A stretch of DNA of 64,000 nucleotides from a virus. Taxonomy: Duplodnaviria; Caudoviricetes. Position 1 is the stretch's first letter, and the number at the start of each line of letters is the position of its first letter. A model generated the notes under the pieces. It ran no database searches, was not told the origin of the DNA, and was given only the letters and a program-made list of their open reading frames with translations. Shown here piece by piece: positions 10,391-20,215 of this stretch. Location: positions 96,001 to 160,000 of IMG/VR virus record IMGVR_UViG_3300028591_000078; one strand, 5' to 3'. A program made the position numbers and the translations under genes.

Positions 10391-11959
10391 TTGAGCAAAA
10401 TAGAAGTAAGGAGAACAAGTGTAGTCATTAATGACTACACGTTCGGGGATTGCCCTGAGCTTGAGAGAAAGTTTAGATTCTGGGATGAAGTATATTTCAG
10501 AGAATACTATAAAGGAATTAAATATATAGAATCAGAGCATAAACTCTATATTCCGAGATCAATTGACTTAGACTGGGTATCTAGAATTATAGGATCTAAG
10601 CCTAAGTTTATAGATGGGTATGATAAGTATGATAAGAATGGTGATATCTTAATGCAGACTATGCCTAGAGATGATGATCAAAAGACTGCAATGAGATTTG
10701 TATTAGGTCTAGGAGAATATGAAAGATATAGAGAATATCCTAGACAGATGCTTGCTCTTAATACTGGTAAAGGTAAAACTTTTGTAGCAGTATCTACATT
10801 AGCTTTTACTATGATAAAGGGTATTATAATAGCTCCAAATATAGGATGGCTAGATCAGTGGAAAGATAAGATATTAGAGTATACTGATATAAAGCCAAAT
10901 GAGATCTATATGATACAAGGATCTCCTACTATAGCAAGAATACTTAATGGTAGAGATATGTCTAAGTTTAAGGTATTCCTTGCATCTACAGCAACTTTGA
11001 AAGCATATGCTGAGAAGAATGGCTGGGGATATATAACAGATTTGTTTAAGAAGATTAAAGTAGGATATAAAATCTATGATGAAGCTCATTTAGCATTTGA
11101 TTCTATAATGGCTATAGACTATGCTACAAATACCTATAAGACTTTGTATCTTACTGCTACTCCTGGACGGTCTGATGAGAAAGAGAATGAGATTTACCAG
11201 TTATATATCAATCAAGTTCCGATGATAGATCTATTTCATCCAGATGAAGATCCTAGAACACAGTATATAGCATTTAAGTATAACTCAAGACTTAATGCTA
11301 GAGAGCAAGGTAAATGTATTAGTAAGTATGGCTTCAATAAGAATAACTATTGTAATCAAGTAATCCATAAAGAGAACTTTCATAATATACTCCATATAGT
11401 AATGGATATGATTAAGAGAGTTAATGGAAAGACTTTGATCTATATAGCTACCAATGATGCTATACTATTTATATATAATTGGATCACTATCAACTATCCA
11501 GAGTATGCTGGCAATATAGGAATATATACTAGTATTAACTCTGAGAAGAAAGCAGCTAAAGATAAGTTTATCATACTAAGTACAACTAAGTCTTGTGGAG
11601 CTGCTGAAGATATAGATGGTCTAAAGATGACTGTACAGCTAGCAGAACCTATGAAGTCTAAGATATTATCTAGACAGAGTTTAGGTAGAACTCGTGCTAG
11701 ACATACAGTATATCTTGACATAATTGATATGAGCACTCCTGCAACTAAGAGCTATTATTTACAGAGATTACCACTGTTTAATAAGTATGCTACATCATGT
11801 AAAGAAGTATCCTTTAATGATACTACTTTAGCAGATACAGTAAACAGACTATTATCTCAGAGATCTCCTATGATAATAGTAAATCCATTTGAGCATATAG
11901 ATAGTGCTACTAATCCTTTTAGTCACAGATGGATTATAAATCCATTTGTTCATATATAA
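10391..11959 (+). CDS. SF2 DEAH helicase (UvsW-like)
   Basis: NTGKGKT, YDEAH, LTATPGR, RQSLGRTR. Confidence 0.9.
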   Translation: MSKIEVRRTSVVINDYTFGDCPELERKFRFWDEVYFREYYKGIKYIESEHKLYIPRSIDLDWVSRIIGSKPKFIDGYDKYDKNGDILMQTMPRDDDQKTAMRFVLGLGEYERYREYPRQMLALNTGKGKTFVAVSTLAFTMIKGIIIAPNIGWLDQWKDKILEYTDIKPNEIYMIQGSPTIARILNGRDMSKFKVFLASTATLKAYAEKNGWGYITDLFKKIKVGYKIYDEAHLAFDSIMAIDYATNTYKTLYLTATPGRSDEKENEIYQLYINQVPMIDLFHPDEDPRTQYIAFKYNSRLNAREQGKCISKYGFNKNNYCNQVIHKENFHNILHIVMDMIKRVNGKTLIYIATNDAILFIYNWITINYPEYAGNIGIYTSINSEKKAAKDKFIILSTTKSCGAAEDIDGLKMTVQLAEPMKSKILSRQSLGRTRARHTVYLDIIDMSTPATKSYYLQRLPLFNKYATSCKEVSFNDTTLADTVNRLLSQRSPMIIVNPFEHIDSATNPFSHRWIINPFVHI

Positions 11960-12090
11960 GAGAAGGCATCTAGCCTTCTCTCTTTTTATGCAAAAATACT
12001 ATTTTTCAAGCATATATTATCAAAGTGTAAAGGAGTTAGATTAAAGTCTAACAATAAGAAAATGTTCAAAACCATAAGGAGGTATAAATT

Positions 12091-13437
12091 ATGGGAACAA
12101 TTACAATTGCGGACAACAAATTCTATTTTGATACTCCTGTAGTTATCGAAGGTGAGACGATAAGCTACGTCGAGAATGAGGATGTTAATTTCATTCTTGC
12201 AACAGACTTGGCACTGGCAAATCGCTTCTTCAAAGAGATGGTATTCAGACAGAAGAAGTTCAACAGAGTACGTCTCGATGGCATAGATGCCAAAAAGGAA
12301 GATCAGTTATCCGATAAGTTCGAAGACTATAAGATGTCAATCTTCGCAAGACCTGATCTGTCGGCATTCCCTACAGAAGAGCAGATTCTGAAGAAGGAAG
12401 ACTGCATGGTAAACGGCCGTCCGCATAGCTCTCTGGCTATAGCATTCTCTATAGACCAGTATGCTGATACAAAGACTAAGATGGATATTGACAGGCGTAA
12501 AAGAGAGTTAAGCGAAATGAAAGAAAAGATAAAGCTTGAGCTTACTGCTGGAACTCCTGATATGCCTACAGAAAATCCGACTGTTCTGAGTTCTATGAAT
12601 CAGGGAAATAAACAGCAGGAAAAGGCACAGATCAAAACCATCATTGACGGAATCGATTCTGCAATTGCCAGATCAAAGGTTAATCCGTTTGTAAATGGTG
12701 AAAAGGATAAAGAAAAGGTTTCCACATTAGAATATGTGGAGCCTGACTTTGAAAAGGAGCCCTATAAGACAAACAAGTTCCTTGGTCAGTTTATTGAACA
12801 GATAAAGGATAAGAGTGGTGGAAAGCTTGTTGCTTGTGCTACGACAGATACTAGCAATATGCTTTTCTGGGTCTATGTTTACGACGCAGCTACAAAGGAA
12901 CAGCAGCATGATAAATGTGTTGTCCTTGACTTAAATGGACGCATTGTAAATGCTATGCCTAAGTTCTGGCGTATGAGAGACGTCCTTAAATATGAGGATG
13001 GTCCTGAAATGCTGAAGTACTATATCCCCATGACTCCTGATAATATCAAGACTCTTGTGGATGGAAAACCGTTCAGCTTCTCGGAAACTGGAAACGAGGC
13101 TATAGCTATGGCTCTCAATAAGATGGTAAATATATGTACTATCTTAGACTATAACGGCGCAACTACAGAGGACAAAGCTGGAATCTGTGCAACAATCCAG
13201 AACTATCTGGAATTTATACAGACCCAGTTCATACTTGAGCCTACAAGGTTCCGTCTCTCGGCATTTGATCCTGTAACTAAGGCTTTCACCTTGACTCAGG
13301 ATAGTCTCTGTACTAGAGGACTCTATGGCAAACTCTCTGGACCTGCAATTCCTATAAGTCTGAGATTCGAACAGAATCAGCCGCCGTATCTGATACCGCA
13401 GCAGCAGCCTGTTCAGACTCAGCAGGGAGCTGCATAA
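12091..13437 (+). CDS. Hypothetical early protein
   Basis: 448-aa ORF, AAGGAGG RBS, early promoter CATATATTAT at 12011-12020, slightly higher GC. Confidence 0.75.
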   Translation: MGTITIADNKFYFDTPVVIEGETISYVENEDVNFILATDLALANRFFKEMVFRQKKFNRVRLDGIDAKKEDQLSDKFEDYKMSIFARPDLSAFPTEEQILKKEDCMVNGRPHSSLAIAFSIDQYADTKTKMDIDRRKRELSEMKEKIKLELTAGTPDMPTENPTVLSSMNQGNKQQEKAQIKTIIDGIDSAIARSKVNPFVNGEKDKEKVSTLEYVEPDFEKEPYKTNKFLGQFIEQIKDKSGGKLVACATTDTSNMLFWVYVYDAATKEQQHDKCVVLDLNGRIVNAMPKFWRMRDVLKYEDGPEMLKYYIPMTPDNIKTLVDGKPFSFSETGNEAIAMALNKMVNICTILDYNGATTEDKAGICATIQNYLEFIQTQFILEPTRFRLSAFDPVTKAFTLTQDSLCTRGLYGKLSGPAIPISLRFEQNQPPYLIPQQQPVQTQQGAA

Positions 13438-13537
13438 AGGTCAAATCAACTCCTTTACACAGGGAAGTGGGCTGCTTATGCAGCCTGCTTCTTTTTTATC
13501 TATTATGGAACACTTTAGTAATTAAGGAGGGATTGCT

Positions 13538-14311
13538 ATGAATGACAATCCTAATCAAATTGTGAATCCATTTGAGCATTATGATCAGTATGAAAGAATA
13601 TATGATGTAATAATGTATCTTGGGTTTAATACTATACTGAAGTTTAATGTAGACCTTGCTCATTACTCTGATAAGTCTAACAGAGAAATGTTTCATAAAG
13701 AGTTTGAGTATATGAATAGACAGAATATGCCAGTTATATCTATAAGAAGAGATTATGGTTTTTATCTGTCTATAGAGAATCTAAAGGTTATTAATAATAT
13801 AGATAAGCAGATAATAAGGATAGGAATAGAGGAGATTACTTTATTAAGGCAAGCTTTAGCCCAAGCTTCCAGGTGGTTTACGCATCAAGATTATAAAGAT
13901 CTATATGGTGTTCATAATGGGCAACTTATAACAACTAGGAAGGTTAGACCTGTAACTATATCAAACCTTCCATATAATAAATATATAGAGTTCGAACCCA
14001 TAGTATATATGGCAAATGAAGATGCTATTCCTGGAGTCAGAATGACTTTAAGTGATAATGCTAACTTTACTGATATGCCCCTGAACAGATTTATGGGTTT
14101 TAAGTATATAATAGATACATTCAATATGTATCAGTCAGCTCAGAATATGATAAACTATATTGCTAGACCTGAACCAGGACATAATCTATCTTCCTATGTA
14201 GATAATACTAATTATACTAGATATGGAAGAGAGAATGTTACTGGACCAAAAGGTAGAAATGTAGCATGTCAAACTAAAGATCCTACATTAAATGATCTTG
14301 GAAAGGAGTGA
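13538..14311 (+). CDS. Hypothetical protein with N-terminal NPFEHYD motif
   Basis: 257-aa ORF, RBS AAGGAGG, promoter at 13509-13520. Confidence 0.75.
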   Translation: MNDNPNQIVNPFEHYDQYERIYDVIMYLGFNTILKFNVDLAHYSDKSNREMFHKEFEYMNRQNMPVISIRRDYGFYLSIENLKVINNIDKQIIRIGIEEITLLRQALAQASRWFTHQDYKDLYGVHNGQLITTRKVRPVTISNLPYNKYIEFEPIVYMANEDAIPGVRMTLSDNANFTDMPLNRFMGFKYIIDTFNMYQSAQNMINYIARPEPGHNLSSYVDNTNYTRYGRENVTGPKGRNVACQTKDPTLNDLGKE

Positions 14312-14315
14312 TAAT

Positions 14316-14711
14316 ATGAGTCTAGATGAATTAGTAAATGGTATATATCAAGCATCTGAGTATTTTAATACTCTAACTCATTATGCTAATCTATTAGACC
14401 AGATATTCAACACAATGCTAGAGCAATTTAACTCTATTGGCGTCAAAGTCATTAAGTTACTGATACAGGATAGATTCATTCTTATATTCCCTGAAGACTT
14501 TGAAGATATGAAGTTATTTAATAGCTTCAGAGAATGGTATGATGAGAAGAATCACTCCTTATCTATTACTGTAATGGATGTAATGAAGGATAAGAGTTCC
14601 GCTATAACGATCTGTGATGCTATGTATCAAAATATAACTCGTATTACAGAGATGCAATATCGTAAAGGGATATGGCCACCTAATAAGACAAAAGATGAAG
14701 GTACGGAGTAA
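14316..14711 (+). CDS. Hypothetical protein
   Basis: ATG 14316 follows GAAAGGAG. Confidence 0.65.
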   Translation: MSLDELVNGIYQASEYFNTLTHYANLLDQIFNTMLEQFNSIGVKVIKLLIQDRFILIFPEDFEDMKLFNSFREWYDEKNHSLSITVMDVMKDKSSAITICDAMYQNITRITEMQYRKGIWPPNKTKDEGTE

Positions 14712-14728
14712 TTCCGTACCTTTATTTT

Positions 14729-15496
14729 TTATACTGTAAACATGATAGGCTGATTCTTATTTGCAGGATTTACATATCCTTCTTTAAGCTGATTCTCTAT
14801 TTCATCTCTTCTACTAGCCCAATCTGCAATGGTATCAATATTGATATTTACTGTACCAAAGATAGTCTCAAGATTATCAAAGTGCCTCAGATAATTATTA
14901 AGAGTAAGTGCTACATCAGCAGTAGCAAGATTCTCAAATACACTCATCTGAGTTACAGGTATAGTCATCAGATTACTAGGATGCTTAATAAAGACATCTA
15001 TAGGTAATACAGACATCATACTAGTAAGATCGCCATCAGTAACACTAGTAACTTTAACCATATTAGGTTCTTTAAACTCAAGATAAGTCTGGTTATTGAA
15101 TATACTTGCCATATCTGCTCTAGCTTGGAGAAGTAATACATCGTCCAAACTATACGTAGCAGATGTAGTAAGATAGTCATATATACCTAAACCCTGGGCC
15201 TGCTGTACATAAGTAGAGTCCTGTCCAAATATATCAAAAGCTATATCTCTTACTCCTATGATCTCTTCACCGTTTACTAGATCCTGATCTATTAAAAAGT
15301 ATCCATCTTTAGTTTTATGCTTGGTAGATACTCCTATTCTTACCATATGAGGAAAATATCTACTAAACGTAGTAAGACTATCAGGAATTATAATCTCTTT
15401 AGGCCAAGTATCTTTAGGATACTCTGGTAATTTAAGAGGTTTGGTTCCTAAACGACGTTCTATCTTATTGACAAGATCTGTCATCTTGTTCATCAT
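14729..15496 (-). CDS. Putative virion structural protein
   Basis: 255-aa ORF under a late AACA-N6-TA promoter (15530-15541, minus); function inferred only. Confidence 0.55.
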   Translation of the reverse strand: MMNKMTDLVNKIERRLGTKPLKLPEYPKDTWPKEIIIPDSLTTFSRYFPHMVRIGVSTKHKTKDGYFLIDQDLVNGEEIIGVRDIAFDIFGQDSTYVQQAQGLGIYDYLTTSATYSLDDVLLLQARADMASIFNNQTYLEFKEPNMVKVTSVTDGDLTSMMSVLPIDVFIKHPSNLMTIPVTQMSVFENLATADVALTLNNYLRHFDNLETIFGTVNINIDTIADWASRRDEIENQLKEGYVNPANKNQPIMFTV

Positions 15497-15598
15497 AATA
15501 AACTCCTCCTTTTGTATAGAAGTATAACTTATTAAAATGTTGCAGACTTAAAATTAAGACTACTTATATACTATTATAATGAAAAGGAGTGGTGATAG

Positions 15599-16429
15599 AT
15601 GAACACATTGCCATATATGAATCCAGATATAATCAACCACATCTGGGATTTATGTGTAAGAACTTTTAATACTTTTAATGGAGTTATTAATCCAACCATT
15701 AAAGCAGCAGCTATAATAGTAAGGCCAGGATATTCTGGTGAGTTTACTTATCTAGCATATACTAATCAGAATGTAGTAAATATGTATATCTATAACTTAA
15801 TACTATGCTATGATGATCCTCTTATTAGAGACTTCTCTGCAGCATATACTGTTTTACATGAGTTATCTCATTTCGAGCAGGATATAGATTTTGATAGATA
15901 TAAGACTGATATGGCTTACCAAGAAGATATAGAAAGAGCAAATGATAATAGAACTGTTGGTTTTATTCTCACTCACATAAGAGAGTTTGGACAAGTCTTA
16001 AATCAGCCTAGTGAAAGTATCTTACTAGGACTTTGTAAGAATATGTTTCCAGATACTACAAAAGCAGAGTTTAAGTATCTTGGAATAGTAAAGTTCTATT
16101 GGAATATACTTAAGTATTTTCTGAATGGATCTAGATCTGCACTTCCTAAAGTAGATAGATTACTTAGTGATATATCTTATATGGATAAACTAGAATTCAT
16201 CTTATTAGAGTTTAAGGATGAAGCTACTGGATTTGAAGAGAGTATTACAGTAAAAAATAAGTTTATCTATAATGCTAATACCTTCAATATGAATAGTCTT
16301 ATATATAGATGGACATTCGATATGATGTATTATCGCAACTCAGATATTACTATAGATGATTCAACACTATATGTAAAATTCAGTATCAAGGATAAGATTA
16401 GATCTAGTTTCCTACCTTACAATCCATAA
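15599..16429 (+). CDS. Hypothetical protein with HExxH zinc-metallopeptidase-like motif
   Basis: VLHELSH with downstream E (DIERAND). Confidence 0.55.
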   Translation: MNTLPYMNPDIINHIWDLCVRTFNTFNGVINPTIKAAAIIVRPGYSGEFTYLAYTNQNVVNMYIYNLILCYDDPLIRDFSAAYTVLHELSHFEQDIDFDRYKTDMAYQEDIERANDNRTVGFILTHIREFGQVLNQPSESILLGLCKNMFPDTTKAEFKYLGIVKFYWNILKYFLNGSRSALPKVDRLLSDISYMDKLEFILLEFKDEATGFEESITVKNKFIYNANTFNMNSLIYRWTFDMMYYRNSDITIDDSTLYVKFSIKDKIRSSFLPYNP

Positions 16430-16550
16430 AAAGAAAAGAAGTGCACCAGGCACTTCTTTCTTTTTAGGCAGAATGGCAGAGAAATATATATAATGAAGGA
16501 AACGCACAATACTATGAACGTACTATATGAAACAATAAGAGGATAACTAA

Positions 16551-16661
16551 ATGAAATTTAAAATGCGAGCACTTAACGCATGGGATTTAGCCATCCTACC
16601 TTTTATTAATAAGTTTGAATCCAATCTAGCAAAAGTAAAAGATTTCAATTATATATTATAA
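16551..16661 (+). CDS. Small ORF, 36 aa
   Basis: MKFKMRALNAWDLAILPFINKFESNLAKVKDFNYIL after AAGAGGA; below the ORF-track cutoff. Confidence 0.4.
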   Translation: MKFKMRALNAWDLAILPFINKFESNLAKVKDFNYIL

Positions 16662-16663
16662 TA
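16643..16663 (+). promoter_or_regulatory. Strong early (virion RNAP) promoter TTTCAATTATATATTATAATA
   Basis: Identical 21-mer at 16643, 37657 and 61117, each upstream of small genes. Confidence 0.75.
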
Positions 16664-16701
16664 ATGAGTAAGAAAAGAATGATAGTAAAGGAGTTGATAT
16701 T

Positions 16702-16926
16702 ATGAAACTTACTCGTATATCCACTATTATGGTTTCTATAATAGGGATTCTTATTCTTACACCTATTGGTCTTGGGTTCCTGGTCCAGTCTGTTCGTCTG
16801 GATCAGATGAACCAGAGCGTAGAAGCTGGCAAAATCCTGCTTCTCACTCTGGCAAGTTGGGGAGGCGTGGCAGCCCTTGCGAGGGTTAGCTTCCTCAACT
16901 TCGTCTCGCTTCTGAAAAAGAAGTAA
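16702..16926 (+). CDS. Small early membrane protein (2 TM)
   Basis: Two hydrophobic stretches and a basic C-terminus; strong early promoter, RBS and terminator. Confidence 0.7.
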   Translation: MKLTRISTIMVSIIGILILTPIGLGFLVQSVRLDQMNQSVEAGKILLLTLASWGGVAALARVSFLNFVSLLKKK

Positions 16927-17016
16927 GACATACAAAAATAAACAGGTGGTTCTCCCACCTGTTTATTTTTTCTTGATACGGTATCAAAGACGCCGCTATT
17001 GCAGCGCCTTTGATTT

Positions 17017-17853
17017 TTATATAGAAGAACAGTAAGAGTATATGTCGTTCTGAATCTTTGTCTCCAAGCTTACTACGAGTATATCACCCGAATGATCCAC
17101 AAGCTGAACCTTTGTGCCGTTTTCTATAAGCTGCATAGATTCATAAAGCGTATCAAAACTATTCATAATACTCTTAATGTTGGCAGACTCTTCCACGATA
17201 TATGACATCACGGATTCATTTGTAATCGGAATGAGAGTGCCAGCCTCGTTAGTAGAATATGCTCTTCTTTTCTCTAAATCAGAAGGAGTTATAATAGCAG
17301 ATTCTGTAACAAGACCTTTAGTATATGCTTCTTTATGGCTAGGATATATAACTCTATCCCATGTAACTATCTTTATATTCTTTACATATGACTTACCACC
17401 CTTAGTTTCAATAGAACCAAGAGCTCTAAGAGAGAATGAAGGAAGGAATCCATCAATAAGATCCTGATTAAAAGTTTCACCATAAGCTGTATTGGTTCCC
17501 ATAAACTGACCTTTAATGAGATTACCATCAATCCATATCTTAGTAAATCTTACAGATATAAGCTTAGGATCTATAGTCTGCTGTCTAGTAATACTAGAAG
17601 CATCAGGTCCAACAGGATGACCTTCTTCACCACACATATTTCCGGTTTCAAGAAGTTCCTTCATTCTAGGACCATTAACTTCAGGAGCTATATCTTCTTT
17701 AAGATAGATTCTACGATTTCTATTTTCAACACCAAGGCTCTGTAAAGTACCCTCAGCAAGAACTCTTCTACCATTATCTGAGAGTATCTTAGCATTAGAC
17801 TCTGTAGATATACCCTCATTTATTATATAACCAATGGTTTTAGATCTAGCCAT
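17017..17853 (-). CDS. Prohead core protease (T4 gp21/S77-like)
   Basis: NRNRRIY, GEEGHP, FSLRALGS, WDRVIYPSH; C-terminal E|S self-cleavage-type sites. Confidence 0.88.
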   Translation of the reverse strand: MARSKTIGYIINEGISTESNAKILSDNGRRVLAEGTLQSLGVENRNRRIYLKEDIAPEVNGPRMKELLETGNMCGEEGHPVGPDASSITRQQTIDPKLISVRFTKIWIDGNLIKGQFMGTNTAYGETFNQDLIDGFLPSFSLRALGSIETKGGKSYVKNIKIVTWDRVIYPSHKEAYTKGLVTESAIITPSDLEKRRAYSTNEAGTLIPITNESVMSYIVEESANIKSIMNSFDTLYESMQLIENGTKVQLVDHSGDILVVSLETKIQNDIYSYCSSI

Positions 17854-17999
17854 TTCTATATCCTCCTAATATGGTTAATAAATTTACTATTATGTTATCC
17901 GACACCACATCTATCTGTATTAAGGAGTATAAATGTATATTATTATTTTGGTACTAACAACCAAGTAAATTTAAAAATATAATCTAGGAGGTATAACGA

Positions 18000-18563
18000 A
18001 TGTCATTAATTAAATTAGCAACGTCCTTCCCAGAGTTGAGGAAGGTCGCTTTTAATCTCGTTCACGTTACAATCTTGGATTGTAACGGGGTACTTGCTGG
18101 ATCTCAGGGTATGGATTTAAGATTTAATTATCCTGAGTTCTACAATTACTATCGTGAAGTAGTAAGTGAAAATTATTCTGATGCTACAAGTGCTACAGAA
18201 TTACTTGGATCTATAATCTACTCTAATGATGTATTGGGAATCTTTGGTACTTGTAGTATAGTAACCAAAGATATCAATAAAGATGAATCATCTGGTGTTA
18301 TAGATATGGTTGATATTGGCAATCTTAAATTTACTACTGTATCTAAGTGTGAGTTTAATGAAGAAGCTATCAGAAAAGGCATATCAGCAGTAAATGCTTT
18401 CGTTCTTAAGAATGAATGGAAGAATAAGGTTCTTACATATCCTTGTATGACAACAACTTCTGATGATGATGGAAAGAAGCTGTTATCAATATTAGAGGAT
18501 GTATATACATGCAATGACCAGTTCCAGGTTATAGCATGTCATCATAATATTAATGAATGGTAA
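18000..18563 (+). CDS. Hypothetical protein, possibly a degenerate macro domain
   Basis: DCNGVLAGSQG...FNYPEFYNYY...LG...YPCM loosely follows the macro-domain pattern. Confidence 0.45.
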   Translation: MSLIKLATSFPELRKVAFNLVHVTILDCNGVLAGSQGMDLRFNYPEFYNYYREVVSENYSDATSATELLGSIIYSNDVLGIFGTCSIVTKDINKDESSGVIDMVDIGNLKFTTVSKCEFNEEAIRKGISAVNAFVLKNEWKNKVLTYPCMTTTSDDDGKKLLSILEDVYTCNDQFQVIACHHNINEW

Positions 18564-18599
18564 ACCATTAAGTAGTCATTTTATAGGAGGTAAACTAAT

Positions 18600-19451
18600 A
18601 TGGCACTTGGTAACACTTTTAACAACGGAAACAAGAATGGTTTCGCAAATGGAGGCTACAATAATCAGGGCTACAAGACAAGAACTCAGCCTACTGTATA
18701 TTCACAGTATAAGCTGATTAACCCTGACTCTGTAATTGATCCCTCTATGGTTCAGTTTTCTTACTGGAGTGGACTTCTGAAGATTCAGATCTGTCCTAAG
18801 ATTCCTTCTGCAGCTGGAGATACTAGCATGTCTTTTGATACTAAGGCTGGTGCTATAGCAATCCATCTGTCTATACCTAGAGCACAGATCCTTAAAGATG
18901 AGATAGAAGGTTATCTCGCTAACCCTGGAACTAGAGATAACGCTGGAGTTGCTACAAAGAAGGGTTATATCTATATATCTAATGGTAAAGAGTTTGGTCA
19001 TCCTGGACATGATTGCCTGGTAATCAAACTTACCGATGAAGAAACTGGTAAGGTTGCTTCTACAATAGCATATGAGTTCAAGAAGCAGTATCATTATGGT
19101 ATAAGAAACCTTAATGAGGAAAAGCGCACATATGATTCTATCATGGATCCGTATGATACTCTTGAAGTTAATGAACTTCTGACAGTACTTGATCAGTATA
19201 TCAAGGGTGCAGCATCTGGATATGCAGCTGCAACTAGAGATGCTCTTCAGTATCCGTTTGCACTTCTTCAGGGTGCTGTTAGTGCTATTGCACGTCATCA
19301 TGGTATTGATATAGACAAGACTAATCCTATGGGTACTAGTGCTAGAGAAGCATATTTCAGTAGTAATAATTCTAGAACTACTGTAGATAGCAAGGCTTCT
19401 GTATCTAGCTATGATGCTGATGCTTATCAGGATGCACTTGATCTCGGTTAA
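18600..19451 (+). CDS. Hypothetical protein (possibly ssDNA-binding)
   Basis: 283-aa ORF, beta-rich core, acidic C-terminal tail; function speculative. Confidence 0.55.
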   Translation: MALGNTFNNGNKNGFANGGYNNQGYKTRTQPTVYSQYKLINPDSVIDPSMVQFSYWSGLLKIQICPKIPSAAGDTSMSFDTKAGAIAIHLSIPRAQILKDEIEGYLANPGTRDNAGVATKKGYIYISNGKEFGHPGHDCLVIKLTDEETGKVASTIAYEFKKQYHYGIRNLNEEKRTYDSIMDPYDTLEVNELLTVLDQYIKGAASGYAAATRDALQYPFALLQGAVSAIARHHGIDIDKTNPMGTSAREAYFSSNNSRTTVDSKASVSSYDADAYQDALDLG

Positions 19452-19502
19452 GACAATATAAATGGGTATCTTCGGATACCCATTTACCAATGAGGTGTTT
19501 AT

Positions 19503-20204
19503 ATGGCAAATCAGCTTACAGCAGTAACCTTTGACTCTGTATTTGATACAGATATAGGAGTTATAAAGGTGATGCTTGATAAATATGCTAATCCGAAGTT
19601 TATAGATAATGAACTTCTTAAGATGAGCACTATTCGTGAAGATGATACCATAAAGTATCTTCTTGCTTTAAGGGTTAAAAAGAATCCCCTTACAGCTATT
19701 CTGAAACCTGAATATATGGAGTCGGCTGATGATTTGTATGATCAGGTATTTAAAGAGAACTTTCAGGAGATTATTGATAAATCTCAGACTTCAGCTATCT
19801 ATAAAGTAGTACGTGCACTCATGGATACTAATTCTGCTATGGATTTCTATGTAATCTGTGAAGCACAGGTACAGGTAGATATACTGAATAAACTTGATTC
19901 TAGACTCAAAACAGTTATACTACCTGAGGAGAATAACTATAAGTGTTTTCATGACTATGATAATATATTTGTCAAAGACTTTACAGATATGCTCAGAACT
20001 GAGTTTCCTGTAAGTAAGAAGAATATATACTTATCTAGACTAATGTTTAACATGTCTCCTGTTATGGGAGAACTTGTTCCTAGAATGGATATAAACGTTA
20101 TAGTAGGTAGGACTAATAAGATTATGCTTATAGACTACTACGAAAACTTAAAATCAATAAAAATTCCTCAGCAGAAACCTACTGAGGATGAAGCTAAAGG
20201 ATAA
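19503..20204 (+). CDS. Hypothetical protein
   Basis: 233-aa ORF in the same operon as the chaperonin. Confidence 0.7.
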   Translation: MANQLTAVTFDSVFDTDIGVIKVMLDKYANPKFIDNELLKMSTIREDDTIKYLLALRVKKNPLTAILKPEYMESADDLYDQVFKENFQEIIDKSQTSAIYKVVRALMDTNSAMDFYVICEAQVQVDILNKLDSRLKTVILPEENNYKCFHDYDNIFVKDFTDMLRTEFPVSKKNIYLSRLMFNMSPVMGELVPRMDINVIVGRTNKIMLIDYYENLKSIKIPQQKPTEDEAKG

Positions 20205-20215
20205 GGAGAAATAAT